NCBI GenBank assembly: GCA_007376395.1
Contig: VMGE01000006.1
Coordinates: 2,812 to 66,811, forward strand
Direction of reading: 5' to 3'
From: Microgenomates group bacterium Gr01-1014_5
Lineage (GTDB): Bacteria; Patescibacteriota; Microgenomatia; UBA8517; UBA10165
DNA length: 64,000 nucleotides
The notes under the pieces were generated by a model. That model worked only from the letters and a program-made list of their open reading frames with translations, searched no databases and was not told where the DNA came from. The translations under genes were made by a program, and so were the position numbers. This document shows, in pieces, positions 8,149 to 16,100 of this stretch (position 1 is its first letter; the number at the start of each line of letters is the position of its first letter).

Positions 8149-8418
8149 TCCCCTGTAGCTCAGCGGTAGAGCAGGAAACTGTGTTAGCAGCTCTCGATAG
8201 AAATGTCGGGATGAAAAGTGGGTGAATTCAGGGAACGGTCGCCTGAGGCGACTAATCCTGAGCCAAGTCCTGAGAGAAATCGAAGGAAAGGTGCAGAGAC
8301 TAGGTGATTACACCCTCGAGCGCCCACCACCTAAATCCTGAGTAAAACCGAAGGACAAGGTGATGAGATAGTCCAAAAAGTAATTTCAAGGTCGTAGGTT
8401 CGAATCCTACCGGGGGAG
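8149..8418 (+). tRNA. tRNA-Asn(GTT) interrupted by a group I intron
   Basis: Exons 8149-8182 and 8381-8418 join into a cloverleaf: acceptor TCCCCTG/CGGGGGA, loop CTGTTAA, GGTTCGAATCC. TGGTATAAT lies upstream. Confidence 0.93.
8183..8380 (+). ncRNA. Group I intron (IC3-like core), 198 nt, inserted at anticodon position 35/36
   Basis: P1 CTGT/GCAG with U-G at the splice site; core AATTCAGGGAA, AATCCTGAGCCAAG, GTGCAGAGACTA, GAGATAGTCC; P3 GTGGG/CCCAC; terminal G. Confidence 0.92.
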
Positions 8419-8472
8419 CAATGATATTTTGCAGGAAAAATGAAGATAACCTTCTAATATACAAAAAAATAA

Positions 8473-9297
8473 ATGGAAGATACTAAAGAAAAATCCTCAA
8501 GCGGGTTTAAATTAGAAAAGCTTCATGGTACACAAAAACATTTAGAGGCAATAACAACATATATTGATTCTCACCCTGAACAGTTTGCTTCGGTAAATTC
8601 TTTTACTTATACCACTGATCCTCAAGGAAATGCTGATATAACAATTACTACCCCCAAGGGAGACAAAAGGCTTTCAGAATTTTTGCCTAAAGAAGTATCA
8701 ATTGTTGATAGCCCAAACTCTGGAGCTGGAGCATATGCCCTCATAAGCTGGGACTTGGAAGGAAACCTTGCGAGCTCTTCTGTTAGCGTAGATTTAGCCT
8801 GGATGAAGGAAAAACCCGCCTTGGGAGCCTCTATTGTTGCCCATGAAATCGGACATGTTATAAACGAATCCGCCAAGGAGGATTTAGATCAAAGAAAAAT
8901 TACAGAAGCTCCCAAGACACCTGAAGAATTAGAAGAGTCTTTAATGTTGATTTGTAGGGTAGTTAACGACGGTCTTCAAGACGAGGTTGAAGCTTGGAAT
9001 TATGGTAAACCTATTGCAAATTTGTTTGGAGTTGATGAAACAACCTATGATGGTCAAATGGAGTATGCAATGAAAACATATATAAACACCTCTTACTATC
9101 AAATAAATGAAATGATGGCTAACATGCTTATGCATCTGACTCCTGATCAAAAACAAACATTAAAAGGTAAAGTATTCCCAGTCTATGATTTAGCAACACA
9201 GGAAAGAGTTGATTTGACCATTGATCAAATGTTAGAAAAATTTAAAACATTTAGTAAAGAGCGGTCTCAAACATCTGCAGGAGCAATGCCTTCTTAG
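8473..9297 (+). CDS. Hypothetical protein with zincin-like HExxH motif
   Basis: VAHEIGH...DEVEAW. Confidence 0.65.
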   Translation: MEDTKEKSSSGFKLEKLHGTQKHLEAITTYIDSHPEQFASVNSFTYTTDPQGNADITITTPKGDKRLSEFLPKEVSIVDSPNSGAGAYALISWDLEGNLASSSVSVDLAWMKEKPALGASIVAHEIGHVINESAKEDLDQRKITEAPKTPEELEESLMLICRVVNDGLQDEVEAWNYGKPIANLFGVDETTYDGQMEYAMKTYINTSYYQINEMMANMLMHLTPDQKQTLKGKVFPVYDLATQERVDLTIDQMLEKFKTFSKERSQTSAGAMPS

Positions 9298-9445
9298 CTT
9301 TGGCTAAAAAATAAAATCTCTTTAACCTCTCGTGATATAATTTCAGGTGCGTCGAGTGTAGATACCCAGTTTGTGGTACGAAAATCGTCCCACCCAGCGA
9401 GCAAATAGTCTGTCACTTAGTTCTTCAAAACTGTTATATTTAAAT

Positions 9446-9907
9446 GTGAAGAAAATTAACATTCCTCTGTTGATTTTTTGTGTCTGTATTTGTGCTTCAG
9501 CTGGAATAGTGGGCTCAATCGTTACCTTTAACTCTGTTACTACTTGGTATCCTACATTAATAAAACCTTTTTTTAACCCTCCTTCTTGGATATTCGGGCC
9601 TGTTTGGACAATGCTCTATTTTCTTATGGGAATTTCTTTATATCTCGTTTGGAGAAAGAAGAAGGCAGACTTGCAGTGGTTTTGGATTCAATTAGTCCTA
9701 AATGCTTTGTGGTCGATAATCTTCTTTGGATTAAAAAACCCTTTGTTAGCTTTCGTAGTTATAATTTTGCTTTGGGTAAGTATTTTTCTAACAATAAAGT
9801 CTTTTCAAAAGGTAAATAAAACCGCTGCAGTCTTACTTTTCCCCTATTTAGCGTGGGTGAGTTTTGCAAGCCTGCTGAATTTATTTATTGTTGTTTTAAA
9901 TAGATAA
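9446..9907 (+). CDS. tspO: TspO/MBR tryptophan-rich sensory protein
   Basis: WYPTLIKPFFNPPSWIFGPVWTMLY, LNALWSIIFFG, PYLAWVSFA. Start reassigned to GTG at 9446. Confidence 0.9.
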   Translation: MKKINIPLLIFCVCICASAGIVGSIVTFNSVTTWYPTLIKPFFNPPSWIFGPVWTMLYFLMGISLYLVWRKKKADLQWFWIQLVLNALWSIIFFGLKNPLLAFVVIILLWVSIFLTIKSFQKVNKTAAVLLFPYLAWVSFASLLNLFIVVLNR

Positions 9908-9988
9908 GTAATGGGTTCTAGCATCGCCCACAACCTCACGTTTTCTAGTACCCAGGCTGGACGTTAGAATCTTTGATATAATCGGTTC

Positions 9989-10531
9989 GTGATCGAACGA
10001 CTAAAAGTAGCTTTTGTAGGAACAAGTTGCACTGGCAAAACCACATTGGTTGATAATTACAGAGGAAGAAATGTACCAGGGCTGGTAATTGTAGAAGAAG
10101 CAGCCCGAGAATACTTCACTAAAAATCCAGAGATTAGAGACAGATTTTCTATAAATGCTCAAGGAGAAGTGCAGGCTTTAGCCTTGAAGAATGAGCAATC
10201 TGCTCATGACTCAGGCGCGACTAAAATAGTTTGTGATCGTTCGGTTTTAGATGCTGTTGCTTATGTTCGATCGCAAGGCGATATTAGAGGTTCAAGGCGG
10301 CTTTTGGATAGAGTGAGGTACTGGGTTTCAACGTATAACAAACTGCTTTTAGTCAACCCAGCTGATGTGCCTTACCAAACAGATTCAGTTAGGCAGGAGG
10401 ATGAGCAGGTAAGGTTGGGATTCCACAAAGCTTTCCTTGAGATGTTTGATGATGCAGGAATTCAATATGAATTGTTAAGTGGAACTTTAAAACAGAGAGT
10501 TAAACGGACAGACCAACTCTTGCAACTGTAG
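9989..10531 (+). CDS. NadR/AAA_28-type P-loop kinase/ATPase
   Basis: GTSCTGKTT, EEAAREY, CDRSVLD. Confidence 0.8.
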   Translation: MIERLKVAFVGTSCTGKTTLVDNYRGRNVPGLVIVEEAAREYFTKNPEIRDRFSINAQGEVQALALKNEQSAHDSGATKIVCDRSVLDAVAYVRSQGDIRGSRRLLDRVRYWVSTYNKLLLVNPADVPYQTDSVRQEDEQVRLGFHKAFLEMFDDAGIQYELLSGTLKQRVKRTDQLLQL

Positions 10532-10593
10532 CATAATAGGTTCTAATAGAGTCCATCAAGCGGAGCCGAGTACAAACATGATATAATCTTGCG

Positions 10594-11025
10594 ATGACAG
10601 AGCTTACTTCAACTCCCGAACAACCGTTTAAAAACGATCCTTCAGCTGTTATTCGCAATCACCTAAACGAAGCCGGACATCCTGAAGAAATATCTCTTCA
10701 AACGGCAGCAGCCATGATTCGCAGAGAATACGCAGGATACGAAGGGAATAAGGATGCTCTCGGTGTGTGTATGGAATTAGCACACAGGATAACCAATGCA
10801 ACTTACACATTAGCAGCATTATTTGATTCTCAAAATGCTGATCTCCCTTCAAACTGGAGAGAAAATCCAGAAATTACAAGAACTGTAGTTTCAATGTGCG
10901 GCAATCTCGAGTTGGGCATTCTTAAGGCCCAACAACTCCACCTTGCACACTCTGGCGGCGGGAAAAGTATCCCTGACAGAATAAATAATGTTACACGACT
11001 CGTCAGCGACCTTCAGCAAAAATAA
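10594..11025 (+). CDS. Hypothetical protein
   Basis: 143-aa ORF with TGATATAAT 6 nt before the ATG. Confidence 0.65.
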   Translation: MTELTSTPEQPFKNDPSAVIRNHLNEAGHPEEISLQTAAAMIRREYAGYEGNKDALGVCMELAHRITNATYTLAALFDSQNADLPSNWRENPEITRTVVSMCGNLELGILKAQQLHLAHSGGGKSIPDRINNVTRLVSDLQQK

Positions 11026-11097
11026 GCGAAACTTGCTGCTCCACAGTAAACCGCAACTTGTTCAAACAGAGCAAGTAAACATAGTATAATTCTCCTT

Positions 11098-11403
11098 ATA
11101 TCTAAGAATCCTATTATTAATGCTATCAGTGCCTCAGCCTACATATTTCTTGTTGCCAGTATTATTAATCTTGTTTCTCAAGCCCAAAAGGACAAACCTG
11201 ACACTTTTTTTGCTCCTATCGCATTTTTGTCGTTACTCACTCTTTCTGCTGCAATAATGGCCTGTATATTTTTCTACCAACCACTTCAACTTTTTATTGA
11301 GGGAAAGAAAAAAGAAGCAGTTAACCTATTTATTCAAACTGTTGGTATCTTTGGGACGATTACAGCAGTAGTTTGGATTCTTATTTTTTCAGGCCTGATT
11401 TAG
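11098..11403 (+). CDS. Three-TM membrane protein with an ATA start (or start-lost pseudogene)
   Basis: Open frame (I)SKNPIINAISASAYIFLV...FFYQPLQLFIEGKKKEAVNLF...; TATAAT 7 nt upstream. Missed by the ORF track. Confidence 0.6.
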   Translation: MSKNPIINAISASAYIFLVASIINLVSQAQKDKPDTFFAPIAFLSLLTLSAAIMACIFFYQPLQLFIEGKKKEAVNLFIQTVGIFGTITAVVWILIFSGLI

Positions 11404-11415
11404 TCTATTTATTGC

Positions 11416-11585
11416 ATGTCGATAATTCGTTTTGAAGCCAAACTGTCTAAAATCGATTTATGGACCATTCTTAGACTTCCTAAGAATGTAAGTACGAAAC
11501 TTTCGTCACGAGGTATGACAATAGAGAAAAAGATCTTAAAGATATTCAGATAATTGAAGATTATCTTAAGGCTGGTGGAAAATAA
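11416..11585 (+). pseudogene. Fused remnants: N-terminus of a DUF1905/YdeI-like protein plus an unrelated C-terminus
   Basis: MSIIRFEAKLSKIDLWTILRLPKNVSTKLSSRGMT followed, in another frame, by REKDLKDIQIIEDYLKAGGK*. Confidence 0.5.
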
Positions 11586-11590
11586 GTAAG

Positions 11591-11923
11591 CTAATCTTCA
11601 ATAAAAATTAGTCCTCCAGCTTTAATTAAAATTTCCCTGATCGCCTTGTCTGCTTTTCCGTCAGTAAGTTGACATGCAACCTTCCCTTCTCCATCTACCC
11701 GTTCATATTTAACTTCGCCTTTTTTAAGAGTGCTAAGTGATACGCGATGGCTGCATCCAGACTCTGGATCTTCAATCCATAATTTAGCTTCTACCACCGA
11801 TAGCCTAAATGCATCCATTAAGAACTCTGCAGTTCCTCGCCTCTCTCGCGGTGTAAACTCAAACATTGCACCTTCAAGTTCTTGAACTGTTAGCTTTATT
11901 CTGTAGGCTTCTGCCGCAACCAT
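11591..11923 (-). CDS. Hypothetical protein
   Basis: 110-aa ORF with TGATATTAT 6 nt before the ATG. Confidence 0.6.
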   Translation of the reverse strand: MVAAEAYRIKLTVQELEGAMFEFTPRERRGTAEFLMDAFRLSVVEAKLWIEDPESGCSHRVSLSTLKKGEVKYERVDGEGKVACQLTDGKADKAIREILIKAGGLIFIED

Positions 11924-11961
11924 AACAAGATAATATCATAAATATGTTAATATAAGTGTAA

Positions 11962-12237
11962 ATGAGTTGTGAAGCTGGCGGAACATCAGAAGTCCCAGAA
12001 AAACCAAGAGTAGAAGTTGATGTCCATCGCGCAATCAGAGAACTTGAACGTTGGCTAAGAATTGATCTTGATGCTCCTCGACCAGATCAAAAAGGCTATG
12101 ACTCTCCAAGAGAACCTAACCCAGTAAACCATAATTGGAGAGACGGGGCAGAACTCGTTATGACATCTGTAACAAACCGAGAAACCGGAGAGACTGTTTG
12201 GTATCGCCCAGACGGAACCGTCATTAACTTCCCTTGA
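11962..12237 (+). CDS. Hypothetical protein
   Basis: 91-aa ORF divergent from the previous gene. Confidence 0.55.
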   Translation: MSCEAGGTSEVPEKPRVEVDVHRAIRELERWLRIDLDAPRPDQKGYDSPREPNPVNHNWRDGAELVMTSVTNRETGETVWYRPDGTVINFP

Positions 12238-12365
12238 AAAAGCTTTTTCAATGGGTTTAAAGAGAGAATTTAGTTTATTTTAGGCAAAACTCCTTCAAAA
12301 AGTGTATAATGGAGAGAAGAAAGGAGATAAAACTAGGTTTAGTCTATAAATCTATTAAAAATACT

Positions 12366-12566
12366 ATGAACGGAACAATTAAGACCAAAACAGATAAAGG
12401 ATATGGATTCATTTCTCGCGAAGGCGAAGTAAAGGATCTTTTCTTTCACTCAACAGACTTAGTCGGTGTTACTTTTGACGAGCTTCAAGTTGGAGCAGCC
12501 GTTATGTTTGATATTGTAGATGGTGAAAAAGGACCAGCTGCAAAAAATGTAAAACTCGCCGAATAA
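12366..12566 (+). CDS. csp: Cold-shock domain protein
   Basis: MNGTIK..KGYGFI...DLFFH...GEKGPAAKNV. Start reassigned to 12366. Confidence 0.95.
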   Translation: MNGTIKTKTDKGYGFISREGEVKDLFFHSTDLVGVTFDELQVGAAVMFDIVDGEKGPAAKNVKLAE

Positions 12567-12582
12567 TTTCGGTAAGTACATT

Positions 12583-12614
12583 ACAAAAAATCCCGCTTCG
12601 TGCGGGTTTTTTGT
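12583..12614. terminator. Bidirectional intrinsic terminator
   Basis: ACAAAAAATCCCGC-TTCGT-GCGGGTTTTTTGT between convergent genes. Confidence 0.85.
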
Positions 12615-12629
12615 GCTTAAGAGGAGTTT

Positions 12630-13040
12630 TTACTCTTCCTTTGTTGGGGATATTTTCTTACTTTTTGGAGATTTAACTTTTTCTGCTACAACTGGAGTAG
12701 AAACAATAACTTCAGAAGTTTTTACTTCCAATAATTTCAATATTTTATCAAGCTTAGCGTTCAATGCTCCAAACTGATCATTATTCTGGGAGACACTTGG
12801 GGCTCTGAAACTAGGCCTTTCCTGCCTTGGAGAATCCGACCTTGCATTGCCCATTCTTTCGAAACAGTTACTGCAATAAACCGGTTTACCGCTTGTTGGC
12901 CTAAAGGGTACTTCACATTCATTTCCACAATTACTGCAAGTGGTTCTAAACATAGGTCGGTCTTCACTCCTAAAATCCCGCCTACCGAAAGAACGCCCAC
13001 CCCCGCCGCTGTTTCTACCACCCCTGTTAAAATTTCCCAT
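12630..13040 (-). CDS. CxxC-x17-CxxC zinc-finger protein
   Basis: RG-rich N-terminus; MFRTTCSNCGNECEVPFRPTSGKPVYCSNCF. Confidence 0.9.
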   Translation of the reverse strand: MGNFNRGGRNSGGGGRSFGRRDFRSEDRPMFRTTCSNCGNECEVPFRPTSGKPVYCSNCFERMGNARSDSPRQERPSFRAPSVSQNNDQFGALNAKLDKILKLLEVKTSEVIVSTPVVAEKVKSPKSKKISPTKEE

Positions 13041-13155
13041 TGTCTATAGTATAACACACAACCCGTGCTCAGTGATAATCCTACCGTTAAAAGGCTATTG
13101 ACAAAGTTTTTCGCTATCTCTTTACTTAAGTTATTAATAGATTGTCAGTATTAAA

Positions 13156-16100
13156 ATGAAAGCCAGCTGTAAAAAAGTTGTGCTGAAGAGCATAACCAGC
13201 CTGTTTTGTTTTCTTCTTACCTTTTTGGTATTACTTTCTCCGTCTCAAATATCTGCTGCTGAGCGCAGTTCTTACTACGATTGGGGTCCTTATTACAACC
13301 AAACCAAAGTTTTGGGGGTTACTTTCTCTTCTTTGGAAGAATTGCCAAAAATCGAGATCCCGGCAAATATTTCCCCGCCCCCCGCAACCGGAATTCTTCC
13401 AGGCAGTCCTTTCCACTTTTTAGAAACTCTGACGGAAAACGCACAGCTTTCCTTTATTTTTGACCCGGTAAAAAAAGAGGAGTTTCGCCTTACACTCGCC
13501 TCCGAGCGTTTGTCCGAAGCAAAAACTTTAGTTGAGCAGGGAAACTACCAAGCAGCAGAATCTGCTGCCGCAGAGTACAGAAACGCCATGAATATAGTTT
13601 CCGACAATCTGCGCGCACTCTCCGCACAAAACAATCCCCAAGCAGACGCTCTGGCCGAGAATGTAGGAAAACTCTCCGCGGATCACGCTGTCGTGGCGCA
13701 AAGCGCCGCCCTTTCCTCTCCGTCAGCCGCCAATACAACCTGGAACCAACTTTTAACTGCTTCGGAAAAAGCCATGGACTCATCCGCTGAAACAAGCGGC
13801 CAGCCGGCAATTCCCGAAGAATTGTCGGTTAGTCTTCAAGAACTTAAAAACGCCGGCCTCATCACTCCTGAGCAAAGCGATAAACTCTATTCTCTCACCT
13901 CAAGAAGCCAAGTACGCGCAGAAATTGATAAACTTACTGCCGCTGGTACGTTTCCTCAGGCAGAAGCGGCAAAACTCGATACTGCAGTAGCTGTCAACTA
14001 TCCCGATATTTACAACCAAGCGCTATCAGTGCTTAAGTTTGCCGAACTGCGTTCATACCAAACACTGCCTCCGCCCTCAGTTGATATCTTAAAAGAGATT
14101 GAGGAATGGCAAGCGCAAAAAGGTGATTTACCACCACCTGCTGAAATAAAGCCGTACCTTTATCACGCCAGAGCTTCAGAACTTGCTCAAAGTATAGACT
14201 TTGCTCCTTTTTCTGCCGACCAGCAAACAGAAGTAGCTAAATTCTATCCTGAAGCTGTTTCCCAAAACCCAACCTATACTCCTCCTCCTTCACCCTCGCC
14301 TTTGCCAAGCCCTGAGCCGTCCCCCACCCCTACAGAACAAACTGCTCCGGAAACGGCTTCGCCATCAGAACCCACCACGCCGTCTACTCAGCCATATCTT
14401 GCCGATTACAACGGCCCTTTGCCAGGAAGTCCGGCTTACTTTTTCAAACAAATTGGTGAGGGGGCAGGACTGTTTACTGCGGCCTTTGATCCGGCTAGGC
14501 GCATGGAGCTGTCTATGCAATTTGCAGAAGAACGCTTAAAAGAAGCCAATGCGCTTGCACTCGCGACCGGCCGTGAAAAAGACTACCAAAACACACTCGA
14601 AAGATATAAAGATTCTCTAGAAGGTATCACGCAAAATCTTAGGGATTATCAGGGAAGTGAAGAAACAAGAAGAGATTTGGCGGGAAAATTCGAAGCAGAG
14701 GCCGCCCGGCATAACGTTATCTTCGAAAAAGGTTTACTGCCGCCGGTTTCCGAAAACACAGAGGTCATGCCAGCTGTTGTTGCTGTAACCCAAAACGCCA
14801 TGGACGCTTCTGCCGACGCCCTCGACAAACCGGCAATTCCGCTTTCTTTAGTAGCTAGACTCCAAGACTTAAAAGCGCAGGGACAGCTTCTTCCAGAGGA
14901 GGTTGACAATATAGTCCAATCTCAATCGCGTGAAGAAGTACGCGAAAAAATAAGAGAGCTGGTTAAACTCGAGACATTTCCTCCGGCTGATGCTAAAAAG
15001 CTCGATGAGGCACAAGCTATCGTTACACCGCACGACTACAACCAATTAGTTGAGGTCAAAAAGGTTGAGGAGTTACAAAGACTGCGTGCCGCCCAGGCTG
15101 AATTTGCCCAAACCGCAACTCTTCGTCAAACAAACGCCAATTACGAAACCCGTATTGAGTTTTTAACTAAGTCTATTGACCCCTCGCTTATTAAAGCAGA
15201 AGATTTGGCAGGCCGCGAAGGGTTGTTGGCCACCTATCAAGACCTCCTTTCGAAAAGCGGAGAAAGACCTATTAATGCAGGTCAATTTGTCGAGGCAGAA
15301 AAAACTACTTCAGAGGAAAAGAATACCGCCATCCGCCCGGTTGACGCCGTCTTTTCAACCTGTCCTGTAGGGGCAATTTTTAAACAATTCGAAGGTTGCG
15401 TCTGGGAAGCAAACGGCAGCAAAATCAACAACTATGAACAATATAAATGCAGTACCTCAAAAGAATATTGGTCGTTTTCCCAAAACAAATGCGTACTTTA
15501 TACTCCTGGCGCAGAAGCTCGTGATACTCAGCCAGTTTGTCCAATTGGCTATGCCTGGGCTTGGGAGTCGCAAAACTGCCAAGTCTCAAACACTCCCGTG
15601 CCAACGCCGCCTCCCGGAGTATTGCCTATTGGAGACCTTCCTGAGAGCGAAAAAGAAAATTTCTGTCCTGCCGGCGCGTCATATCAGGCAGGGAAAGGCT
15701 GTCTTTGGGATAACAGCCAAAAATCGGTTTACGATCCGGCTCAGTACCGCTGCACCCCGGGAGCTTACTATTCTTTCTCTGAGTTTAAATGCGTAGAAAA
15801 CCCTGATCCAAGCCAACCCTATCCTAAAAACACTCAACCTGCCTGTTCTGAAGGAAGCGCTTGGAGTTGGACTGACGGCCGCTGTCTTGAGGTTCGTTCC
15901 TACACACCCGTTTCAGACGCCGCGTCAAAACTCCAAGTTCCACAACCAAGCTTTGCCGGACCGGACAGTCCGCTTTATGGCTTAAAAAGGGCTTTTGAAG
16001 GAATACAAACCTTTACCGCGTTCACCACGCAAGCCAGACAAGAAGTTAGACTTGCCCACGCCAAAGAACGTTTTGCTGAAGCCTACCAAGAACTTGAAGC

